Source: Myxococcota bacterium (GTDB lineage Bacteria > Myxococcota_C > UBA6777). Taken from it: a stretch of 47,173 nt of DNA. The stretch lies in the NCBI GenBank assembly GCA_023150835.1, contig JAKLKB010000038.1:1-47173 (forward strand), given 5' to 3'. A program made the translations under genes and the position numbers. How positions within the stretch are numbered: the first letter of the stretch is position 1; every line of letters begins with the position of its first letter. Positions 36,347 to 45,192 of the stretch are shown here, piece by piece. Below the pieces are notes generated by a model. That model did not search any database. It saw nothing but the letters and a program-made list of their open reading frames with translations, and had not been told where the DNA came from.

Positions 36347-36491
36347 GGAGTGGCGCAGTTGCCAAAAAACCCCGTGTTTTGGGAGGTTCAAGCGAGAGCG
36401 CCGTTGGTTTGGAAGACGGTGCTCTGTTCGCCAATACGGGGTCAAGGGGGCTGTCACCCCTTGCGGGGCGTGGGGTGGAGCCCCACAAAAC
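36347..36491 (+). mobile_element. Family B MITE-like copy
   Basis: ggagtggcgcagttgccaaaaaaccccgtgtt..gccaatacggggtcaagggg..ggggtggagccccacaaaac. Confidence 0.75.
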
Positions 36492-36497
36492 GTTCCA

Positions 36498-38252
36498 TCA
36501 AGAGAGGCCGAGGATCTCGCCTGTGGTGGTATCGATATCGATATCCATGAAGGCGGGATGTGTAGCGAGTCCGGGCATGGTGCTCATCTCACCGACGAGG
36601 GGGTAGAGGAAGCCAGCGCCGACGCTTGCGCGGATCTCGCGGATCGGCAAGACAAAGCCGGATGGAGCGCCTTTTTGGTTGGGGTCATGGCTGAGACTGA
36701 GATGGGTTTTGGCCATACAGATCGAGAGGTGCTGGAGTCCGAGGGCTTCGTAGCGTTGGAGTTGCTGTTGTGCGGTGGGGCTGAAAGAGACGGAGGAAGC
36801 GAGGTAGATCTCGCGGGCGATGGTTTCGATCTTTTCGGCCAAGGGGGCGTGATCGGGATAAAGAAGTTGGAAGGAGTTGGGGGCTTGGGTGGCATCGAGG
36901 ACGGCGTGAGCGAGTTCAGCGGCTCCTGCGCCACCTTCGGCGAAGTGGTTGGAGGGGACAGCAGCGAAAGCGCCCTTGGTTGCGGCGTATTGTTGGATCA
37001 AAGCGATCTCTGCGGGTGAATCTTCGGCAAAGCGATTGATCGCAACGACGACGGGAACCCCGAAGCGACGGACGATATCGATATGCCGCCCGAGGTTCGG
37101 GAGTCCAGCGGCGAGCAAGTCGAGGTCTTCGCGGGTGTAGGCGGGATCGAGGGGTGCGCCCGGGGAGACGGCGGGTCCACCGCCGTGCATCTTGAGGGCG
37201 CGGATGGTGGCGACAAGGACAGCAGCATCGGGCTTGAGGCCAGAAGCGCGGCACTTGATGTCGCAAAACTTTTCAAAGCCGATATCGGCGGCAAATCCGG
37301 CTTCGGTGATCACGATATCAGCGAGTCGAAGGGCGATCTGATCGGCGAGGATGGAGGAGTTTCCATGAGCGATATTGGCGAAGGGTCCGGCATGGATGAT
37401 CACGGGCTGACCTTCGCGGGTTTGGAGCAAGTTGGGTTGGAGGGCATCGCGCAAGAGGACGGTGACAGCGCCCGCAACACCGAGATCTTCGAGGGTGACG
37501 GCACGCCCTTGTCGGTCGAGAGCGACGACAGCGCGCCCGACGCGAGAGCGCAGATCGGCAAGGCTTGTGGAGAGCGCAAGGATCGCCATCAACTCACTTG
37601 CGGGCGTGATATCAAAGCGGGTTTTTCGCGGAAAATAGGGGCTGGGTGAACCGTCTGCAAGCGTATCCTCATCGAGACCGACTTGGATATCCCGCAACAC
37701 GCGATCGGTGACATCGAGGACACGGGTCCAAGAGATCGTCTCGGGGTCGACATCAAGGCGTCTCGCAAGACCACGCTTTTGCAACGAAGCATCGCTCTGA
37801 CGGGACTCGTGATAGAGGCGAGTGTCCAAAGCCGCCGCAGCAAGGTTGTGTGCGGCTGTGATGGCGTGCATATCGCCTGTCAGGTGGAGATTGAGGGCGG
37901 AGGAAGGGACGATCCGCGCCTTTCCACCGCCTGCTGCACCGCCTTTGATGTTGAAGGTCGGCCCCATGCTGGGCTGTCGCAAGGTGGCGATCACGCGCTT
38001 TTTGAGAACACTTCCGAGGGCTTGGGTCAATCCAAGAGCGGTGGTGGTTTTGCCTTCACCGAGCGGGGTGGGCGTGATGGCGGTGACGACCACATAACGC
38101 CCGAGCGGCTGGTCTTTTTTGCGCGAAAGGATAGAAAGAGAGAGTTTGGCCTTTTCGGGTCCGTAGGCAAAGACTTCTTCATCGAGAACGCCCATCTCAC
38201 GGGCGACATCACGGATCGGCAAGAACGGTTCATGGCGTGGAGCAGCGGTCAT
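36498..38252 (-). CDS. fhs: Formate--tetrahydrofolate ligase
   Basis: TAITPTPLGEGKTTT, LRQPSMGPTFNIKGGAAGGG, NLHLTGD, HAGPFANIAHGNSS, TEAGF, CMAKTHLSLSHDP, MPGL. Confidence 0.97.
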   Translation of the reverse strand: MTAAPRHEPFLPIRDVAREMGVLDEEVFAYGPEKAKLSLSILSRKKDQPLGRYVVVTAITPTPLGEGKTTTALGLTQALGSVLKKRVIATLRQPSMGPTFNIKGGAAGGGKARIVPSSALNLHLTGDMHAITAAHNLAAAALDTRLYHESRQSDASLQKRGLARRLDVDPETISWTRVLDVTDRVLRDIQVGLDEDTLADGSPSPYFPRKTRFDITPASELMAILALSTSLADLRSRVGRAVVALDRQGRAVTLEDLGVAGAVTVLLRDALQPNLLQTREGQPVIIHAGPFANIAHGNSSILADQIALRLADIVITEAGFAADIGFEKFCDIKCRASGLKPDAAVLVATIRALKMHGGGPAVSPGAPLDPAYTREDLDLLAAGLPNLGRHIDIVRRFGVPVVVAINRFAEDSPAEIALIQQYAATKGAFAAVPSNHFAEGGAGAAELAHAVLDATQAPNSFQLLYPDHAPLAEKIETIAREIYLASSVSFSPTAQQQLQRYEALGLQHLSICMAKTHLSLSHDPNQKGAPSGFVLPIREIRASVGAGFLYPLVGEMSTMPGLATHPAFMDIDIDTTTGEILGLS

Positions 38253-38296
38253 GGCGGATCATCCAATACGGTTGACGCGAACCCGAAACTATCGGA

Positions 38297-40918
38297 TCAG
38301 CGGGGTGTTGGGGGCAATATCTCCATGTTGACAAAGCCGGGGGCGATGCGGCGTTTTCCAAGGGAGCCAAAGTCGATCACCAAGCGAAGATTGCTGTTGA
38401 CTTCAAAGACTTCAAGGATCGTCCCCATCCCATAACTGGGGTGACGGACACGTAGCCCGACCGCGTAGTCCTCCTTGGAGGGGATCTGTCCCAAGACAAA
38501 AGGACTTTTGGAGACATCGGGAGAACCATTGCGGTGCGGCGAGGCTGTCGCAGAGATCCCGACGAGGCGTTGGATCTCCTCGATGGTGGTTGCGTCGGGG
38601 AGTTCGTCAAAGACGCCGAACTCTTCCCAGTAGGCCAGATTGTTCTCGTCGAGGTCGAGCTTTTCAAGCCATTTCTTTTGGAGCGCCAGTCGAAAGATCT
38701 TCTGGATCTCGCGTGCGAGGGCGGTTTTTTGCTCGTGGTGGCCTTGCCACCAAAAGCTGAAATAACGTTCGAGTTGAAGTTTTTGGGTGTGTCGAGCGAT
38801 GGTCAACAAGTGTTCGACACGCCAAGAGTGAGGAGAAGATTCCAAGACGTGGCGGATCTGTTCGATATGTTCGAGCGTAGAGATGTAGTTGGCTTCGAGG
38901 AGAAAAGGAGAGGTGCGGTTTTTACGCAAGATATACAGATGAAGCTCGCGCTTGGTGCGTGTGACGGCCACATAAAGCAGTCGCCGTTCTTCTTCGAGAT
39001 TGTCCTGATTTCCGCGAAAAGGGATGGTGCCATCGTTGCAATCGGGGATAAAGACGATCGGCCATTCGAGGCCTTTGGCCCGAAAGATCGTCAAGATCGA
39101 CACAAAGTCCCCTTCGTCGGACTGGAGCTTTTGTTTTTCAAAGGAGATGCGGGCGATATGATCGAGCAGTTCGATCGGCGTGCCTTTGCCATCGGCGTAC
39201 TCGATCAAGCCCTCGACGTTTCGCACCCGTCCTTCGGCATTTTCAGGAAACCCGCTACTGCGCGACAAAAAGCGGTTGTATTCAAGGCGCAGTTCGAGTT
39301 CTTGGAGGACGGAAGAAGCCAGCAGTTGATCTTCAAAGGGCGGATGCAGCGCGTAGGGCGTAGGTTGCGAAAGGATGGAGAGTTGCTCTTGTCTATCGGG
39401 ATCGGTCTCAGGGCCGAGACGTGTCGCCAGCCACAACAAGTTATCGGCCAGCTCTTCGAGGTGTTTGCGCTGCCACGAATGGACTTCTTCAGCGTGTCTT
39501 TGGATGGATTGATTCAAGGAGATGCGGTGATAGCGGACATCTTGGAAGATCTTCTCTGCAAGTTCGCTGGAGATGTAGCGCACAGGCCGATTAAAGATCG
39601 TGCGCCACATCTGGCCGAGTTCGTTAAACTCTGCGTCCGAAAGCGGAGCGCCTGCGATCAGCAGCCGATTGAGACGCGCAACCCGCAGATAACAAAGCAA
39701 CACGCGCACTTCGGGACGATCATAAAAGGGCGTTGAGCCGATGATCTTGTAGGGGATCTGCTCTTCGATCAGAGGGTGTTCGATGTGGGGGGTTTGGGCA
39801 TAAAGGCGAACAAGGATCGCCATATCGCGCAAGGGCGTATTTTTTTGGCGAGCGGCTTTGATCTCGGAGACGATCTGCCGCCCCATCATCGGGATGCTTT
39901 CGGCGTCATGGGCAAAAGTACGCCCGTCAAATCCGCGTGTGAGATGAAGGCTTTTGCGCTCGCGTTGTTTGTTTTGGGCGATGATCTGATTGGCGAGGAC
40001 CACTTGAGAGGCTTTGCAACGAAAGTTATCGCTCACAAAATAGCGCTTGGCCCCGTATCGTTCGGCAAAATGGAGGATAAAGTGAGGTCGCGCACCACGC
40101 CATTCGTAGATGGTTTGGTCATCGTCCCCGATCACCATGTAGTTGCGGTGGCGGAAAGAGAGGATATCCAAGATCTCGGATTGAACGAGGTTAACGTCTT
40201 GGAACTCGTCGACGATCAAGCAATCAAAAGCCGCCTGCCACTCGCTGCGAAGGGCCGGATGGCGCACCAACATCTCCCACGCCCCAAGCAACATATAATC
40301 GAACGTCAACGCACGTCGTTCGCGCCGCACTTGCTCGAAGATCCGATACAGATCGAGATACCAAGGAAGATGGCTCGGAGCCACGGCTTGGGTGGCCCAT
40401 TGCAGCGCCTCAGAAGGCAGATCGGCAGCCAACAGATCGGGATACTGGAGATTGCCCATGCAGGCGCTGACAAAGGTTTGGAAGTCTTCGCGGTCGATAT
40501 TGCGGCCTTCGTTTTTGTCAACGATGCCGCTGTCTCGGGCGATCCCCAACGCATGGTTCATCAAAGATTCGGAAAGTCGGTCAGGATCGCTGTTTTTATC
40601 AAATTGCAATTGGATCAAGCCGAGAGATTGGGCGCGATTCAACACCCGCCAGCCCAAACTATGCAGTGTCACGGCTTGTACACGCGAACAACTCGGCCAC
40701 GCCTTCAAGGCTTTGCTGATATCGTCGACGGTTGCGCGGCTAAACGATGTGGCAAGGATGCGTTCGGGCCGAAATATCCGCTCCCGAACAAGGCGTTCGA
40801 TGCGGTGAACCATCGCGGTAGTCTTGCCTGCCCCTGCGACGGCAAAAACCAAAGCGGGGCCTTTGTCATGAGCAACAATGGCTTGTTGTTCGGGCGTCAG
40901 TTGCAACATCTTATCCAT
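38297..40918 (-). CDS. UvrD/Rep/PcrA-family ATP-dependent DNA helicase
   Basis: AVAGAGKTT, LIVDEFQDVN, IGDDDQTIYEWRGA, NFRC, TIFRAKGLEW, EEERRLLYVAVTR. C-terminal Tudor-like VRHPSYGMGTI. Confidence 0.95.
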   Translation of the reverse strand: MDKMLQLTPEQQAIVAHDKGPALVFAVAGAGKTTAMVHRIERLVRERIFRPERILATSFSRATVDDISKALKAWPSCSRVQAVTLHSLGWRVLNRAQSLGLIQLQFDKNSDPDRLSESLMNHALGIARDSGIVDKNEGRNIDREDFQTFVSACMGNLQYPDLLAADLPSEALQWATQAVAPSHLPWYLDLYRIFEQVRRERRALTFDYMLLGAWEMLVRHPALRSEWQAAFDCLIVDEFQDVNLVQSEILDILSFRHRNYMVIGDDDQTIYEWRGARPHFILHFAERYGAKRYFVSDNFRCKASQVVLANQIIAQNKQRERKSLHLTRGFDGRTFAHDAESIPMMGRQIVSEIKAARQKNTPLRDMAILVRLYAQTPHIEHPLIEEQIPYKIIGSTPFYDRPEVRVLLCYLRVARLNRLLIAGAPLSDAEFNELGQMWRTIFNRPVRYISSELAEKIFQDVRYHRISLNQSIQRHAEEVHSWQRKHLEELADNLLWLATRLGPETDPDRQEQLSILSQPTPYALHPPFEDQLLASSVLQELELRLEYNRFLSRSSGFPENAEGRVRNVEGLIEYADGKGTPIELLDHIARISFEKQKLQSDEGDFVSILTIFRAKGLEWPIVFIPDCNDGTIPFRGNQDNLEEERRLLYVAVTRTKRELHLYILRKNRTSPFLLEANYISTLEHIEQIRHVLESSPHSWRVEHLLTIARHTQKLQLERYFSFWWQGHHEQKTALAREIQKIFRLALQKKWLEKLDLDENNLAYWEEFGVFDELPDATTIEEIQRLVGISATASPHRNGSPDVSKSPFVLGQIPSKEDYAVGLRVRHPSYGMGTILEVFEVNSNLRLVIDFGSLGKRRIAPGFVNMEILPPTPR

Positions 40919-41035
40919 CAGATTCCTGCGGCATCCAATAATGGTTTCTGAGGACTCCCCTTCCGATATGCCGTACGGAAGGTCGAAAAAACGAATGTAC
41001 GCGAAGACTCTGGCAGAGCGCGACACAGGCGATAT

Positions 41036-42367
41036 CTACCCAATCGAACGATAACGCCGAACGATCGCGAAGGTCAACACCAACCAAGCACCAAGCAAAA
41101 ACACCGTGATCGCGCCCAACCATCGGCTCCATTGCCAATACACCAAAAACAACAGCAACAACGACGCAAAACCTTTGGCCGCCCGATAAGAAAAAACATC
41201 CACAACGGCCTTGCCTTGCGTCTTTTCTTCGTGCGAAAGCGGAAGATAAAGTAACTCTTTCGCCGCACGAAACAACGAATACCCCATACTTTTATCAAAG
41301 ATCTTCGCAAAGGCGATCATGCCGAACGTCGGAACCACAAAAAACCCACACAACGCCACCAACAACGTCACAGGGATCAACACCAACGTCGCGGATACAC
41401 CGACAAAACGCAGGATCAAACCCGTCGAAAACTGAAACACCATCGACACCACATCGATGATCGCATACACCTGCCCCACCACCGCCGTCCGCTGATCGGT
41501 GTTTGGATACGTCTTTTCGAGCATCTGGTTGTATTGATAATCAAGGCTGTTCGTGGCGATCTGCGAACACAAGATCAACAAAAACACCAACCACAAGTAC
41601 GAACTCCGCCACACAACACCAAACCCATCCCCCCATGCCGCCTTTTTCGATGGTGTTTCTGCCACAGCAGTTTGCGAAGATGCCGATGTTTCGGACGTTT
41701 TCGATGATGCTTTTGTGTCGGTACGTTGAGGCGCTCCTTGGGAAGCAGCAGAGACGGTGGGTTCATGTCCGACCCAGCGCACAAAGGCCCACGCAGCAAG
41801 CCCCATCCCCACCAACATCGGGACCAACAGATACGCGGTGTGTGCTGTTCCCCACCAACGCGCCATCGGCCCGACACCCAAGTTTGCGACCAGTCCGCCC
41901 AAAGACCCCATCACACAAAACAAACCATACAACCATCGGGCTTTTCGCAGGTCAAAGACTTGGTTGGCATAGCCCCAAAAGATCTCGACCAACACCACAA
42001 TATACACGTCTTTCCAAACATACAAAGCAAACGTACCCGCCCGTACTCCCGCGATATGCAAGCCGATCAGCCCCCAAACCAGCAAGCCGCTCCCCACGCT
42101 CACCCAACCAAAAAGCTGCAACATCGGCATCCATGACGCATGACGATTGTACAGCGCCACCACCCCCAACGCGACCGCCGCCACCACCATCCACACCGTC
42201 GGAAGAGCCTTACTGGTATACTCTTTTAGAAACAAAGACTCGCTCACAGGCCGCGCCACCGCATAAGTCGCCAACAAGACAAAGGCCAACCCACACAACC
42301 CCACCGCCCGATGGATATCCACACGCGCCCACGCATCCCGACTGGTTTCTTGATCCGCTCTCAACAC
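41036..42367 (-). CDS. Npt1/Npt2 (TLC ATP/ADP translocase-like) MFS transporter
   Basis: YAVARPVSESLF, VEIFWGYANQVF..ARWLYG, LDYQY, KSMGYSLFRAAKELLYLPL..K..GKAVVDVF.YR; ~12 hydrophobic segments. GTG start inferred. Confidence 0.85.
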   Translation of the reverse strand: MLRADQETSRDAWARVDIHRAVGLCGLAFVLLATYAVARPVSESLFLKEYTSKALPTVWMVVAAVALGVVALYNRHASWMPMLQLFGWVSVGSGLLVWGLIGLHIAGVRAGTFALYVWKDVYIVVLVEIFWGYANQVFDLRKARWLYGLFCVMGSLGGLVANLGVGPMARWWGTAHTAYLLVPMLVGMGLAAWAFVRWVGHEPTVSAASQGAPQRTDTKASSKTSETSASSQTAVAETPSKKAAWGDGFGVVWRSSYLWLVFLLILCSQIATNSLDYQYNQMLEKTYPNTDQRTAVVGQVYAIIDVVSMVFQFSTGLILRFVGVSATLVLIPVTLLVALCGFFVVPTFGMIAFAKIFDKSMGYSLFRAAKELLYLPLSHEEKTQGKAVVDVFSYRAAKGFASLLLLFLVYWQWSRWLGAITVFLLGAWLVLTFAIVRRYRSIG

Positions 42368-42434
42368 CGCACTCTCCCGTCCTCCCTCCCCAAAAAACGA
42401 CGATCTGCCCGATGCAGCGTTGGTTTGCGAGTCA

Positions 42435-43445
42435 TTACGACTTGCCCGATGCAGCGTTGGGTTGCGTCGTACTTGAGGAGGAAGCATTGGCTTGAGAAGC
42501 GCTGCTTTGTGAAGCGTGGACTTGGGCGGGTGAATGGACTTGATCGGCGAAGTGCTTTTGCAAAAAATGAAGCATACGGAGCCAAAACAGATCGGGGTGT
42601 TCGACCATGGCGGCGTGGCTGCCGTCTTGGACCCATTGGAGTTCGGCGTTTGGGATGCGTGCGTGCATCTCTTGGGAGACTTCGGGGGGCGTAAACAGAT
42701 CCTTTTCGCCCGCAAAGATCAAGGTCGGGATGGCGATGCTTTCGAGCAGATCGTCGGCAGAGTGTTCTTGAAGAGAGCGCGCAAGAGAGAAGAACACCAA
42801 GGGAGACATCTTGCGCAAGTGTCCGAGATACATCTCGATCTCGCTTGCTGGAAAATAGCGTCGATTCACGATGCCGGCGACACGGGCAAACGGATCGGCG
42901 ATCCACGTCTGGAACAGCTTGGGCCAGACTTCGGCGGTCATCTCGGGATGCTCGAAGATCCACGAAGAAACACGCTCGAAGATATCGGAGGCGTAGCGAA
43001 AGCGCATAAAGGTATCAAATGGGCGTTGAAACGTCCCAAGCATCGGGATAAATCCTTGGACGCGATCAGGATACCGACGCAAACATTCAAGGCCGATCTG
43101 CACCCCCATCGAATGCCCCACCAATACCGCCTGTGCGAGGCTGTAATGATCCATCACTCGCATCAAGTCATCCACACAAACCCCCAACGTCATCGCCGTG
43201 TCGGGATGGGGCGACTCGGAGCGCCCATGTCCTTGGTAATCCCAATTGATCGTCCGAACATACGCCCCCAAAGGCCGACAGATCGCAGGCCAAAAGCTTT
43301 CTGCGGCCACTCCCAAGCCATTACAAAACAGCAGCGGAAGCCCGTTGCCTCGGCTGACCGAGTACAAGCGAACGCCTTGCGCGTTGATCACCCAAGACTC
43401 GGTGGTTTGCGTCGTCGCGTGTTCGTGCGGAGGATATGTCGTCAT
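42435..43445 (-). CDS. Alpha/beta hydrolase
   Basis: CNGLG, WDYQGHGRS, GHSMG nucleophile, GEKDLFTP, GSHAA. Confidence 0.93.
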   Translation of the reverse strand: MTTYPPHEHATTQTTESWVINAQGVRLYSVSRGNGLPLLFCNGLGVAAESFWPAICRPLGAYVRTINWDYQGHGRSESPHPDTAMTLGVCVDDLMRVMDHYSLAQAVLVGHSMGVQIGLECLRRYPDRVQGFIPMLGTFQRPFDTFMRFRYASDIFERVSSWIFEHPEMTAEVWPKLFQTWIADPFARVAGIVNRRYFPASEIEMYLGHLRKMSPLVFFSLARSLQEHSADDLLESIAIPTLIFAGEKDLFTPPEVSQEMHARIPNAELQWVQDGSHAAMVEHPDLFWLRMLHFLQKHFADQVHSPAQVHASQSSASQANASSSSTTQPNAASGKS

Positions 43446-43628
43446 CGCCCTCTTCTTCTCTATCGTGGGGTTCGGAAACATCAGTCGCCCCAAGTGGAGT
43501 CCATCTCGGCTCGCGCTGGGGTGTGTCGTGGAGTTCGTTTGGCAGCGCGTCCGACAAGATATCGCCGATGGATGCGCGCTGTTTTTCCCTTGCTCGCGAA
43601 GGGCGAGAGTAGATCATCTGCCAAGAGG

Positions 43629-43657
43629 TTGACAAGTGATTTCGCCTCGCCGATACT
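43629..43657 (+). promoter_or_regulatory. Putative sigma70 promoter
   Basis: TTGACA-N17-GATACT upstream of the PP2C gene. Confidence 0.55.
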
Positions 43658-43778
43658 CCGTTTTCTTGGTGTGCGAAAAGCAAAGCCATTCTTTGTAGAG
43701 TGGCCGAAGAAAACGGCGCGGCGGGCGAGCATTGGAAACGGCACGCGAGCATTGAAACAGACGCAGGCGAGAGTAGAT

Positions 43779-45029
43779 ATGACGCAAAAGCGAGAACAGC
43801 TTCGGATCCGAGCGTGGGCGAAAACAGACGTCGGTCGCCAACGAAAACACAACGAAGACAACTACATTGTAGATATGGATCTCGGCTTATTCGGTGTGGC
43901 CGATGGGATGGGGGGTCACGCTGCCGGCGAAGTCGCCTCCGAAACCGCCCTCACAGTCCTTCGGACAACGCTCGAAGAACGCATCGAATCCCTTCGCGCC
44001 CTGATCGAAGAAAGCCCTGAAAAAAATCGCCCCAAGATCCTCAATCACATCGACGAAGCTGTCCAAGCTGCCGCAAAATCCGTCTATGATATGTCCAAAA
44101 AGAAAGCCGATGCACGAGGCATGGGGACCACCCTCTCGATGATGATGGTCCTCGGAAACAAAGCTGTCGTCGGGCACGTCGGAGACAGCCGCATCTTTTT
44201 GTTGCGGCAAAACCAGATCTTCCAACTCACCGAAGATCACTCCCTCGTCAAAGAACAACTGCGGATGGGCTTGATCACCGAAGAAGAAGCCGAACGCTCT
44301 CCCTACAAAAACGTGATCACCCGCGCTGTCGGCGCTTCCGATACCGTCAAAGTCGACACCTTGTTCGTCGACCTTCATGATGGCGATCGCTTCTTGTTGT
44401 GTTCGGACGGACTACACGGCTACTTCCAAGAAGGCGAAGTCGGCCCCCACATGGCCGAAGAAGATATCGAAAAGATCCCCGAGCGCCTGATCAATCTCGC
44501 CAACGAACGCGGCGGAAAAGACAACATCACCGCCATCCTCGTTTGGGCCGGAACCGACTCCCCCAAAAGTGACAAAACCAAAAAAACCGAGATCACCTTG
44601 CGGATGGATCTCCTTCAAAAAGTCCCCCTCTTCCAACACATGACCTATCAAGAACTCGTGAAGGTCATGAATATCACTTACCTCAAAACCTATCACAAAG
44701 GCGAACGTGTCGTCGAAGAAGACGAAGTCGGCGATGTCCTCTACATCATCTTCAAAGGCAAAGCCAGCGTACAACGCAAAGGCAAACAAGTGGCCATGCT
44801 CCGCGAAGGCGATCACTTCGGAGAGATGGCTCTCGTCGACAAGATGCCCCGCTCCGCCACCGTCATCATCGAAGACGAATCCCAACTCCTCACCATCACA
44901 CGCAAAAACTTCATCGAACTGATGCGCGTCGAACAAAGCATCGCCGTCAAGATCCTCTGGGGCTTCCTCAAAACCATGTCCTCCCGCCTCCGCAACACCA
45001 CCGCCTCCCTCGTCGAAGAGATCGAATAA
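43779..45029 (+). CDS. PP2C (Stp1/IreP-type) Ser/Thr phosphatase fused to a C-terminal cyclic-nucleotide-binding domain
   Basis: TDVGRQRKHNEDN, VADGMGGHAAGEVAS, GMGTT, HVGDSR, TEDHS, LCSDGL, GGKDNIT, then GDHFGEMALVDKMPRSATV. Confidence 0.93.
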   Translation: MTQKREQLRIRAWAKTDVGRQRKHNEDNYIVDMDLGLFGVADGMGGHAAGEVASETALTVLRTTLEERIESLRALIEESPEKNRPKILNHIDEAVQAAAKSVYDMSKKKADARGMGTTLSMMMVLGNKAVVGHVGDSRIFLLRQNQIFQLTEDHSLVKEQLRMGLITEEEAERSPYKNVITRAVGASDTVKVDTLFVDLHDGDRFLLCSDGLHGYFQEGEVGPHMAEEDIEKIPERLINLANERGGKDNITAILVWAGTDSPKSDKTKKTEITLRMDLLQKVPLFQHMTYQELVKVMNITYLKTYHKGERVVEEDEVGDVLYIIFKGKASVQRKGKQVAMLREGDHFGEMALVDKMPRSATVIIEDESQLLTITRKNFIELMRVEQSIAVKILWGFLKTMSSRLRNTTASLVEEIE

Positions 45030-45143
45030 TACGAGATCCGCTCATTGTGCGATCGCAAAACGTAGGGGCAGACAGGTGTGGCTGCCCAAGAATCGGGCGT
45101 CTACGCACGACCCTTCGATCACACATCACACGGATATCGTATA
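45028..45143. repeat. Family A REP element
   Basis: atacgagatccgctcat..cgtaggggcagacaggtgtggctgcccaagaatcgggcgtctac..cgatcacacatc..ggatatcgta, between convergent genes. Confidence 0.85.
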
Positions 45144-45192
45144 ACACCCACCGTTGTTTGTCAGACAAAAATCAAATCAGCGAGGCCTGTGT

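Noticed and set aside
38534-40951. Long plus-strand ORFs (400 and 391 aa)
   Set aside because: Antisense to the UvrD-family helicase with no recognisable motifs.
42534-43778. First 415 aa of the 831-aa ORF
   Set aside because: Antisense shadow of the alpha/beta hydrolase; PP2C homology starts at 43779.
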